Positions 35,585 to 43,775 of a stretch of 64,000 nt of DNA are shown piece after piece; position 1 is the stretch's first letter, and each line of letters opens with the position of its first letter. A program made the translations under genes and the position numbers. A model generated the notes under the pieces. The model had not been told where the DNA came from. It searched no databases and saw nothing but the letters and a program-made list of their open reading frames with translations. The DNA is from Candidatus Gastranaerophilales bacterium. Its GTDB lineage: Bacteria; Cyanobacteriota; Vampirovibrionia; Gastranaerophilales; JANQFW01. The stretch spans positions 8,536 to 72,535 of the forward strand of contig JANQFW010000056.1 of assembly GCA_028277625.1 (NCBI GenBank). Direction: 5' to 3'.

Positions 35585-37126
35585 ATGAAACAAAGAAAAG
35601 GTTTTACTCTAGTTGAAGGACTATTTTTATTATTATTGACAAGCGTTGTTTTGGCTTTGACCATTCCTGTGATTACGCAGTTATCTGCAACAAAGTCGAA
35701 TATGGATAATTATGCGGTAGATTGTATTGAAAATAGGTCATCTAAGTCTTGTGATGCGGCACGCAGGGGAGCTTTGTATGAGCGGGAAAAAAGTATTAAT
35801 ACTTTATATAGATATGTAAGTGATGGTACTGAAAAACAAATAACAAAAGCTCTAAAAGAGTTGAATCAGGCTTGTTTGGAAGGATCTACAAGCGCCTGTG
35901 ATTTGTTTATCGATAGATGTGTCCAAGATGAAAAAGTTTGTGACATACCTTCCGGTGAAAATAAAAATTATGACCTGAGAGCTTTATTAGAAATGGACTA
36001 TAACACAAATAATCAAACTAATGAGAGCTATAATACCGGAAGAATTTATTTGGCAAAAGCAATAACCTCGCGCTGTAATCAAAGGGTCAAAAATATTTTA
36101 AAGATAACGCGTGAGACTTGCTTAAATGCTAAAGACAATAATAATGACAATATTATCGCGTGTAATATAGATAATAGAAATTGTCTGGAAGATTCGAATG
36201 AAGCTATTGTTGATGGTTGTAATGACGGGAATGAGGACTATTGCAAATTAGGCTATGAAAGAAATATTAATAGGACTTGTTCTCAGATATACAATGCTTT
36301 ACCTTCATATTTAGATGGCACTTATTCCTTATCTAAGAACGATAGTGGAGATTCTTATAGGGCGTATTGTGATATGGATGGTGGAGGATGGACTTTATTA
36401 CTTAAAGTTGACGGTAGTTTATCAACCTTTAGATATGATAGTGATATGTGGACAAATACCACTGAGCATAAAAATTCAGAAACAAACCTTGATCATACTG
36501 AGCATAAAAGTACAGCGTTTGCGCATGTGCCTTATAAACAAATTAAATTAAGAATGGTAACTCCGGTGGATAGCTGCTCAGGCATTACATCCTGCCATGG
36601 CAGTACAAAAGTTACTTGTATAACTTCTTGTAAGTATAATAAAGGATTTAATAGTTCAGCTGTTACAACAGATTTAATATTTAGTAAAAAAAATAAATCT
36701 GCTTTAGAGATGTTTTCTACAAATGAGTTTTTTGAGCTGGATTTGATAAGATCATATAAGGGGTATGACGATGATAAGTTTATGCTCACAACCATGCCTA
36801 ATGGTCAATTGGAAAGTGCTTATTTTGAATTTGGCATAAATTCGCAGTCGTCGCTGTATGATTGTGATGGTCAAAAGTTTACATCTGCGAGGATTGGAAT
36901 AATAGCTTCCGGTAAGAAAAAAACCGGTGGCCCGAATTGTACTGTAGAAGGCTTGCCTAGCATAAAAAACGGCAGTTTTGACAGATGTGAGAGATGTAAA
37001 AATAATGAGTTTAGCAGTGCTATTGGAATAGGCTTGTATAATTCCGGCTCTGATATGACTGCCGGCAATTATTATTCTAAAGACCCTAATAAGAAGCCCT
37101 CGTTTGCTTATTTATTTGTTAAATAA
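35585..37126 (+). CDS. prepilin-type / Cys-stalk / fibrinogen-C-like protein (type B)
   Basis: MKQRKG|FTLVEGLFLLLL. NRTCSQIYN...AYCDMDGGGWTLLLKVDGS. A Cys-rich insert. The C-terminus is FAYLFVK. Confidence 0.85.
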   Translation: MKQRKGFTLVEGLFLLLLTSVVLALTIPVITQLSATKSNMDNYAVDCIENRSSKSCDAARRGALYEREKSINTLYRYVSDGTEKQITKALKELNQACLEGSTSACDLFIDRCVQDEKVCDIPSGENKNYDLRALLEMDYNTNNQTNESYNTGRIYLAKAITSRCNQRVKNILKITRETCLNAKDNNNDNIIACNIDNRNCLEDSNEAIVDGCNDGNEDYCKLGYERNINRTCSQIYNALPSYLDGTYSLSKNDSGDSYRAYCDMDGGGWTLLLKVDGSLSTFRYDSDMWTNTTEHKNSETNLDHTEHKSTAFAHVPYKQIKLRMVTPVDSCSGITSCHGSTKVTCITSCKYNKGFNSSAVTTDLIFSKKNKSALEMFSTNEFFELDLIRSYKGYDDDKFMLTTMPNGQLESAYFEFGINSQSSLYDCDGQKFTSARIGIIASGKKKTGGPNCTVEGLPSIKNGSFDRCERCKNNEFSSAIGIGLYNSGSDMTAGNYYSKDPNKKPSFAYLFVK

Positions 37127-37145
37127 TAGAAAGTGAAAGTAAAAA

Positions 37146-38636
37146 ATGAAGTATTATAAAAATAAAGGTTTTACTCTTGCTGAATTTTTAGTTGTTTTAG
37201 CAGTTATAAGCATAATTCTTATTGCTTCTAAGCCTATAATGACAGTAAGAAAAAATATGCAAAATTTTGATATAGATGCTGTTAGTTGTTTAAAAAGTGA
37301 ATTTTTTGAGCCTGAATCTGAGGCTTGTGAGCAATCTATTGAAAAATGTAGATTTAATAGTGGAAAAGCCTGTGACACTATTAAATATGTTGCAGATCAT
37401 GGTAGAGCTTCAGAGCAAAATACTGCAAGACAAGTATTAAGGGGGATATGTGATCAAGGTGGAGAGGAAGCTTGTAAATATTTTGTGGATAGCTGTATAA
37501 AGGATTCCGACAGCTGTGATCTAAACAAGAGTGATAATGATCTGAATTTTTACTTGTTACAGCCTGCAAAAAGTAAAAATCTAGGCAGGATAAAAGTGAA
37601 AAAATATGCAAATACATATTTGTTACAAGGTCTTAATACGCTTACAAGTGAAGTACAAGCAGCCTGTAGCGCAGGCGGAGATACTGCTTGCATTATGTTA
37701 GCTGAGCAGTGTAAAACTAATTCTCATTGGGACTCTTGTAGAATATTGTTGGACAATTGTACCGGTGGCTCTGAAATGGCCTGTAAGCAAGGTTATATGT
37801 ACAATATGAATAAAAGTTGTAAAACTATACGTGACACATTCAATCCCCATAAGGAAACCAGTGCAGCTCAGATTTCAAAGCTTGAAATGCCGGCATCGGG
37901 AATATTTATGATTACACCAATGGGTTGGGAGTCAAGATCAAAAGATATTAGTGCCAGTAAAAAGCCTTTTAGAGTTTATTGCAATATGGAATTGGATGAT
38001 GACCCGGATGATAATGAACCGCCTGGGGGTTGGACACTTGTAATGAAGCAAAAAAAAGGTGATGGAACTACTTTGCGAGGTGACAAAGATATTTGGACAG
38101 CTTCTGACCTCAAGAACTTTTCCAGCGATTATTATCTTGATGATAAAGTTGAGTTTATGAATGTAGACAAGGATAAGCATCAGAATTTTGTATCAAGAGG
38201 TTTTAGGTTAGTGCCTGTTGAGTATAAATTATTATTAGCTGCATCAAATGAAAGTACATATTGGACGCATGACGCGCAGGGGGCTAGTGCTCAGCAGCTC
38301 TTTGCTATTCCAAAAAAAATGAGCGAGCCTGCAAATAATCTAAGACCAGACTGGTTTATCGGTAGCTCTGTAGATCCTAAAACCAGATTTCCTGATGGTA
38401 CTACTATTATTAGGTCGGCAAGCAAGGATTTCAATCATCAACAGGTGTTTAGGTCTGATGTAAGCTGTGGTGTACGTTGGGGCTGGACGGCAAATGATAT
38501 GACAAGTAATAGACAAAGAGGCTCTCATAAGGCATGTGGAGGACTAGGTGCTTATGGTGAAGAATATGGGGGTAGAAAAATGGGTAATGCAGAGGGAGCC
38601 TGGCAGCCGGCTGACCTTTATCTTTATGTAAAATAA
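37146..38636 (+). CDS. prepilin-type / Cys-stalk / fibrinogen-C-like protein (type C)
   Basis: MKYYKNKG|FTLAEFLVVLAV. KSCKTIRD...SGIFMITP...PFRVYCNMELDDDPDDNEPPGGWTLVMKQKKGDG. The C-terminus is LYLYVK. Confidence 0.85.
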   Translation: MKYYKNKGFTLAEFLVVLAVISIILIASKPIMTVRKNMQNFDIDAVSCLKSEFFEPESEACEQSIEKCRFNSGKACDTIKYVADHGRASEQNTARQVLRGICDQGGEEACKYFVDSCIKDSDSCDLNKSDNDLNFYLLQPAKSKNLGRIKVKKYANTYLLQGLNTLTSEVQAACSAGGDTACIMLAEQCKTNSHWDSCRILLDNCTGGSEMACKQGYMYNMNKSCKTIRDTFNPHKETSAAQISKLEMPASGIFMITPMGWESRSKDISASKKPFRVYCNMELDDDPDDNEPPGGWTLVMKQKKGDGTTLRGDKDIWTASDLKNFSSDYYLDDKVEFMNVDKDKHQNFVSRGFRLVPVEYKLLLAASNESTYWTHDAQGASAQQLFAIPKKMSEPANNLRPDWFIGSSVDPKTRFPDGTTIIRSASKDFNHQQVFRSDVSCGVRWGWTANDMTSNRQRGSHKACGGLGAYGEEYGGRKMGNAEGAWQPADLYLYVK

Positions 38637-38654
38637 TAAATTTTAGCTTGATAA

Positions 38655-38698
38655 TAAAAACTCCTTGCTTTAACTATTTGAAGGTGGGGAGTTTTTTG
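38655..38698 (+). terminator. rho-independent terminator of operon 1
   Basis: AAAACTCC(TT)...(AAGGTG)GGGAGTTTT followed by TTGTTG. Confidence 0.6.
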
Positions 38699-38971
38699 TT
38701 GTTTATTTTTTTACAATACTAGCGCAACATAATTTAAAACTTTACAAACTATTACTTTATAATGCATTTTGCTTCTTTATGGTGTATTATGTTTATTATA
38801 ATATTATAAATTTTTATGAAAATTAATTTCTTGATAAATATTTTTTGTATATATTTTGTATGTTTAACTTGCTTAAATTTTCTCAATATTATTGATATAT
38901 CTCGAAAAGCTTAATTTGAAACTCAATAAATCAACAATATAAATAATTGGTAGTATTAGTACTTGATATAA

Positions 38972-39126
38972 CTTAGACTATGTCATAAAATTGTGGGGTG
39001 AGGTTTTAGCTATTTGTTACAGTATGGGATTATGCCCCTAAAAAACATCTTAGCTGCACAATAAATATCGACTAATTTTATTAGAAAAATTTTAAATGCA
39101 TTTAATAGTGTTAATAGGAGACATAT
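38972..39126 (+). promoter_or_regulatory. conserved 5' leader of pilin-FReD operon 2
   Basis: This is the counterpart of 33907-34059. Confidence 0.6.
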
Positions 39127-40530
39127 ATGAAGATAAATATTAAACTGCCAAGACTTAAACCTTACCGAGGATTTACACTTGCAGAGTCGTTTGTTGTAAT
39201 GGCTATTGTATCTGTTTTGATTATTGTTTCGATGCCGGCACTAACTACACGTAAGGCAACAAAGGTAAGGGTTGATAACATAACGCAAGAATGCATTATA
39301 AATCAAAATGGAAAATTATCTTCTGATGCTTGCAAAGCTGCAATAGAGAGGTGTAAGCTTGATAAAGGAAATAGCTGCAATACATTAATGCGTTATGTTG
39401 CTAATGATGATAAGGACAACTCCACTAATAAAAAGAATGCTTTAAAAATCCTTAAAGACGTTTGTGAGGATGGTGGACTTCAGGCATGCGATGTGTTTAT
39501 TGATAGGTGTATTGCTGATTATGATAATTGTAATATAGATAAAAAAAATTCGTTAGCTAAACTCGATTTGAATTATTTTTTAAGCCTTCCATCAAATGAT
39601 TCTAACTCCGGTAGGTTATATCTTATAAAGCAAGTTGAAGACTTGTATAAACAAAATATTGAAAATATCAGGAAAACACTAATTTCTAGCTGTAAGAAAG
39701 AAAACTCTGACCAAAGCTGTGAATTGCTGGCCGGTTTTTGTACGGAAATTGCAGATAAAGAATCTTGTGAGGCTATTATTGATGGATGTAATATGCAACT
39801 TGATCTTGATGAAGATGCAGGTAAATCAAATGCTTGCAAGTATGCATATATAAATGATTTTAATAGAAGTTGTTTACAAATTAAAAATTTGATCGATACC
39901 AAGGAAAGCAAAGAATATAGCTTAACATACAATGAAGATGGTGATTTTTACGGTGCATACTGCGATATGGATGGAGGGTGGACGCTTGCTTTAAAAGTGC
40001 TTGGTAATAACACTCAATTTACTTATGGTTCTAAGTTTTGGACTAACGAACTCTCCTTTAATCCTGAATCCACTAACTTATTTATAGCAAATCATAAGAG
40101 TCAAGCTTTTAATTATGTTCCTTTTAACTTTGTCAAAGTCGTATTTCGTACCCCTATCAATGACTCTAAAGATAGAGTGTTAACAATACCGGTTAATCAG
40201 CCAAGCTTAAAAGATCTTTTTGCCGGCAACTACAATCAGACAAACATGACGATTGACCATTGGAAAGATTTGATTGACTCATCAGATGATTCTTTGGAAT
40301 CGAATTGCAATAAGCAGGGATTTAATACACAAGGAGGTAATTTGAATTTTGCACAATGTAGAATAGGCATAATATCAAGTACTGCTGCAAATTGTGATCA
40401 ACCTAGCAGCTATATTGGAGTTGGCTGTAAATATCCCTTGGAATCCGGTTCTCCGGTAGCCGGAAACTTTCCGGACTCAGCAGAATCGGATTTGGTTCAA
40501 TCCTCTTTTGTTTATATTTATATAAAGTAA
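39127..40530 (+). CDS. prepilin-type / Cys-stalk / fibrinogen-C-like protein (type A')
   Basis: KPYRG|FTLAESFVVMAIV. NRSCLQIKN...AYCDMDGGWTLALKVLGN. The C-terminus is FVYIYIK. Confidence 0.85.
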   Translation: MKINIKLPRLKPYRGFTLAESFVVMAIVSVLIIVSMPALTTRKATKVRVDNITQECIINQNGKLSSDACKAAIERCKLDKGNSCNTLMRYVANDDKDNSTNKKNALKILKDVCEDGGLQACDVFIDRCIADYDNCNIDKKNSLAKLDLNYFLSLPSNDSNSGRLYLIKQVEDLYKQNIENIRKTLISSCKKENSDQSCELLAGFCTEIADKESCEAIIDGCNMQLDLDEDAGKSNACKYAYINDFNRSCLQIKNLIDTKESKEYSLTYNEDGDFYGAYCDMDGGWTLALKVLGNNTQFTYGSKFWTNELSFNPESTNLFIANHKSQAFNYVPFNFVKVVFRTPINDSKDRVLTIPVNQPSLKDLFAGNYNQTNMTIDHWKDLIDSSDDSLESNCNKQGFNTQGGNLNFAQCRIGIISSTAANCDQPSSYIGVGCKYPLESGSPVAGNFPDSAESDLVQSSFVYIYIK

Positions 40531-40593
40531 ACTATATTGACCACTACCAACTATAGAACTAAAAAAAATTATGATAATTTGGAGCTGTATAAA

Positions 40594-42171
40594 ATGAATA
40601 AAAATAAAGCTGGTTTTTCTTTAGCGGAAGTTTTGTTTCTTATATTAATTGTAGGTATTTCAGTTACTATTTTAATGCCTATTTTTACACAAGTAAAAGA
40701 GTCTTCTGGTGTTAGCGATATTTCACGAGACTGTATTCTTACTGATAAGGGCGATACGTCTAAAAAAACGTGTATAGGGGTAATTGATTCGATCAGAGCG
40801 GGTCAAAAATCTAAATACAATACTCTTTTATATTTTGTAGATAAAGGAGAGCCTCAATCTAAGTATGCAACAGGAGTTCTTTATGAAGCATGTGTCCAAG
40901 GCGCCGGGCTAGCTTGTGATTATTTTTTGGACAAGTGTGCTAATGGATCGTGTGGCAATTTTAGATCCCTTATCTCACAAGATTATCACCCCACAACAAC
41001 AAAAGGCGATAGTTACAAAAATCGTCTGGTTCAAGGTGTTACATATCTGAAAGAGCGTATTGAAAGATATTGTAAAAAAAATATGGAAGAGGTTGTAGCT
41101 GAAATTTTAAAGACGTGCAAAAAAAAAGGCAAAGATTCTTTGGCATGTCATATAGATGAATATAAATGCTCATCAGATGATGTTAACTTTATTATCGATC
41201 GATGTAATGAAGGTAGTGACATGTACTGCAAGTTGGGCTATGAAAAAGAGTACAATCGAACTTGTAAGCAAATTAAAAATGTATATGATTCCCCTAAAAA
41301 TGGAAAGTATAGGTTAACCTACGGAATAAATAAAGGCCAGCACTATGAAGCTTATTGTGTTATGAATGATGACTTGGATATTGATACAGGTAATACAGGT
41401 GGGTGGACTCTTGCTCTAAAAGCTGATGGCAATAGCTCGATATTTCAATATAAGTCACATTATTGGGAAAACACAAATGATTTTCAAAGAAATGAAGTTA
41501 ATTTAGATCAAACAGAACATAAGAGCTTAGCCTTTACAAATGTTCCTTTTGATCAAATAACGCTTAGGCTTGTAACAGAAACAACAGCTAAAACTTGTAA
41601 AAAGTATAAATCTTGTAGCTCAACAGCCGGTGTTAAGTGTAAACTTAATAAAAAAGTAACAGGCAAGAACTGTGCAATGACAACAACAATCCGGTTTAGT
41701 TTGCCTAAAGATAATAGTTTGCCTGATGCCAGTACCTACCCTGAAGCTTATAATTCTTTATTAAGTTTATTTTCTGGAGGATTTTATTCAATTGCTGATG
41801 ATAGAAAATTTTGGTTAAATGTTGTTCCAGGCTCTAAACTTGATAAAGTTCATTATAGTATAGGTATAAATGCAATGACAGATAATATTGATGAGGCAGA
41901 ATGTGACCTTGCGGCTGTTAGAATAGGAGTAGCTGCTGCAGGAAAGAAAAATGATAATAAAGAATGTAAGGATAAATGGATCTATGATCCTAAGACAGGC
42001 ATTTTTACCGTTCATGAGAATACTAAAAAAGATGGTGCGTGCGCTTGTGCGTTTAATAATATTATGAGTTTTACCGGGATAGGAGGTTTTAGTAATGAAA
42101 CTGACTTAACTGCCGGAAATTATTACAGAGAAAAAGATATACGCTCATTTGGATACATTTTTGTAAGATAG
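40594..42171 (+). CDS. prepilin-type / Cys-stalk / fibrinogen-C-like protein (type B')
   Basis: The ORF track starts at 40537. The in-frame ATG at 40594 has GGAG 9 nt upstream and gives the family-typical short leader MNKNKAG|FSLAEVLFLILIV. NRTCKQIKN...AYCVMNDDLDIDTGNTGGWTLALKADGN. The C-terminus is FGYIFVR. Confidence 0.8.
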   Translation: MNKNKAGFSLAEVLFLILIVGISVTILMPIFTQVKESSGVSDISRDCILTDKGDTSKKTCIGVIDSIRAGQKSKYNTLLYFVDKGEPQSKYATGVLYEACVQGAGLACDYFLDKCANGSCGNFRSLISQDYHPTTTKGDSYKNRLVQGVTYLKERIERYCKKNMEEVVAEILKTCKKKGKDSLACHIDEYKCSSDDVNFIIDRCNEGSDMYCKLGYEKEYNRTCKQIKNVYDSPKNGKYRLTYGINKGQHYEAYCVMNDDLDIDTGNTGGWTLALKADGNSSIFQYKSHYWENTNDFQRNEVNLDQTEHKSLAFTNVPFDQITLRLVTETTAKTCKKYKSCSSTAGVKCKLNKKVTGKNCAMTTTIRFSLPKDNSLPDASTYPEAYNSLLSLFSGGFYSIADDRKFWLNVVPGSKLDKVHYSIGINAMTDNIDEAECDLAAVRIGVAAAGKKNDNKECKDKWIYDPKTGIFTVHENTKKDGACACAFNNIMSFTGIGGFSNETDLTAGNYYREKDIRSFGYIFVR

Positions 42172-42238
42172 AAATCAAAAACACTTTAATATGACTCAGA
42201 GAAATTTTGATAGTCATAATATTTTGGAGACAATAATA

Positions 42239-43711
42239 ATGATAAAAAAATGCGGTTTTACTCTAGCAGAGTTTTTAGTCGTTTTAGCGGTTACATCGGT
42301 TCTTTTAATGGCGGTTATGCCAGTTGTAACAATAAGAAAAAAAATTGATAAGTATGATTTAGATGCTATTTCGTGCATAAGGTCTGAAAATGCTTCTAAT
42401 TTAGAATCAAAAGCTTGCCGGGATTTGATTGATAAGTGCAAATCAAATGCAGGTAACTCTTGCGATACAATGTTTTATTTTGCAAAGCACGGAAAAGACA
42501 AAGACAAGGCTGCATCAAGAAAAGTACTGAGAAAGTTATGTGATGGTGGTGCAGCAGTAGCTTGTCAATATTTTATAGATTCCTGCAAAAAAGATTCTTC
42601 TCAATGTGATATAGGTGGGACTGATGATGAGAGCGATTTGCGATTTTACCTTAATTTAGAAAATAATTCTGATAATATTGGAAGATTAAAAATAAAAGAT
42701 GGGATCAAATCTTATTACTTTGCAGGTAATCCCAATATTCTAAAAGAAGTTGCAGATGCTTGTAAAAATGAAGGTGAAACGGCATGTATGGTTTTTATCG
42801 AAGCGTGCACTATAAAAAAGGATCTTGGAGCTTGTAAGACTTTAATAGATAGTTGTACAGACGGATCTAGTGTTGCTTGTAAGCTTGGGCATGATTATAA
42901 CTTGAATAAAACATGTAAGTCTATTAGAGATATCTTTAATCCAAATAGGTTAGCAGTTATTCCAAATCCGCCAGCTACCGGAATATATAAGATAACCCCT
43001 GTTGGTTGGAATACAAAAGATGGTGATACTGAAAATGATCCGTTTAAAGTTTATTGTAATATGACTTTGGATGATGATCCAAATGACAGCGAGCCTGCCG
43101 GTGGCTGGACTCTTGTGATGAAGCAAAAAAAAGGTGATGGTGAGACACTGCAAGGGGACAATAAGTACTGGACAAACGCTGATTTACTTCTTAAAAATGC
43201 TGTTTTGAATGACAAAGAAAGCTATATGAATGTGGATGATAATAATTTTATATCTCGTGGGTTTAGGACTGTTCCCGTTACTTCAATGCTTTTGCTAGAT
43301 GCTGCAAATGAAGACACTCATTGGACGCATGAGACAGTAAGTCCAAGTGCATTTCAAGCATTTGGTACACCACTTATTTTAACTGAAGGTCCTAATTCAT
43401 TGAGACCTAATTGGTTTGTACATGCAAAGAACATGCCTTGTGATCCTGATAGCTCAGAAGAATGTGAGCGCTATTATGAACTTGGCTCTGCTTGTAATGT
43501 ATTTAATCATGAACAGCATTTTCAAGGATCACCAGATCCTCACTGTGCTGTTAGATGGGGTTGGACAGCTGACAATAAATACAATACACAACCCGGCTCG
43601 CACAATACTTGTGGAGGCCTTGGAGCGTATGGAATAAGGTATGGCAAGTCATTAATGAGTAAGAATAAAGGAATTTGGCAGCCTGATACCCTTTACTTAT
43701 ATGTAAAATAA
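42239..43711 (+). CDS. prepilin-type / Cys-stalk / fibrinogen-C-like protein (type C')
   Basis: The ORF track starts at 42191. The in-frame ATG at 42239 has GGAGA 8 nt upstream and gives MIKKCG|FTLAEFLVVLAV. PFKVYCNMTLDDDPNDSEPAGGWTLVMKQKKGDG. The C-terminus is LYLYVK. Confidence 0.8.
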   Translation: MIKKCGFTLAEFLVVLAVTSVLLMAVMPVVTIRKKIDKYDLDAISCIRSENASNLESKACRDLIDKCKSNAGNSCDTMFYFAKHGKDKDKAASRKVLRKLCDGGAAVACQYFIDSCKKDSSQCDIGGTDDESDLRFYLNLENNSDNIGRLKIKDGIKSYYFAGNPNILKEVADACKNEGETACMVFIEACTIKKDLGACKTLIDSCTDGSSVACKLGHDYNLNKTCKSIRDIFNPNRLAVIPNPPATGIYKITPVGWNTKDGDTENDPFKVYCNMTLDDDPNDSEPAGGWTLVMKQKKGDGETLQGDNKYWTNADLLLKNAVLNDKESYMNVDDNNFISRGFRTVPVTSMLLLDAANEDTHWTHETVSPSAFQAFGTPLILTEGPNSLRPNWFVHAKNMPCDPDSSEECERYYELGSACNVFNHEQHFQGSPDPHCAVRWGWTADNKYNTQPGSHNTCGGLGAYGIRYGKSLMSKNKGIWQPDTLYLYVK

Positions 43712-43731
43712 TAAATACATTGCAATAATTA

Positions 43732-43775
43732 AACCTCCTAGTTTTTAAGATTTAAAGCTAGGAGGTTTTGCTTTT
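43732..43775. terminator. convergent (bidirectional) hairpin between operon 2 and 43758..45293
   Basis: AACCTCCTAG-loop-CTAGGAGGTT followed by TTGCTTTT. The 3' arm overlaps the stop codon of the minus-strand gene. Confidence 0.65.

Noticed and set aside
35266-43153. Antisense ORFs inside the pilin-FReD genes (35266..35664, 36532..36795, 36871..37068, 37154..37378, 37381..37617, 37938..38180, 38340..38528, 39573..39932, 41815..42015, 42214..42441, 42950..43153), plus same-strand alternative-frame ORFs such as 36315..36551 and 43416..43637
   Set aside because: They are nested in well-supported genes, lack an SD, and have the composition typical of an AT-rich shadow frame.
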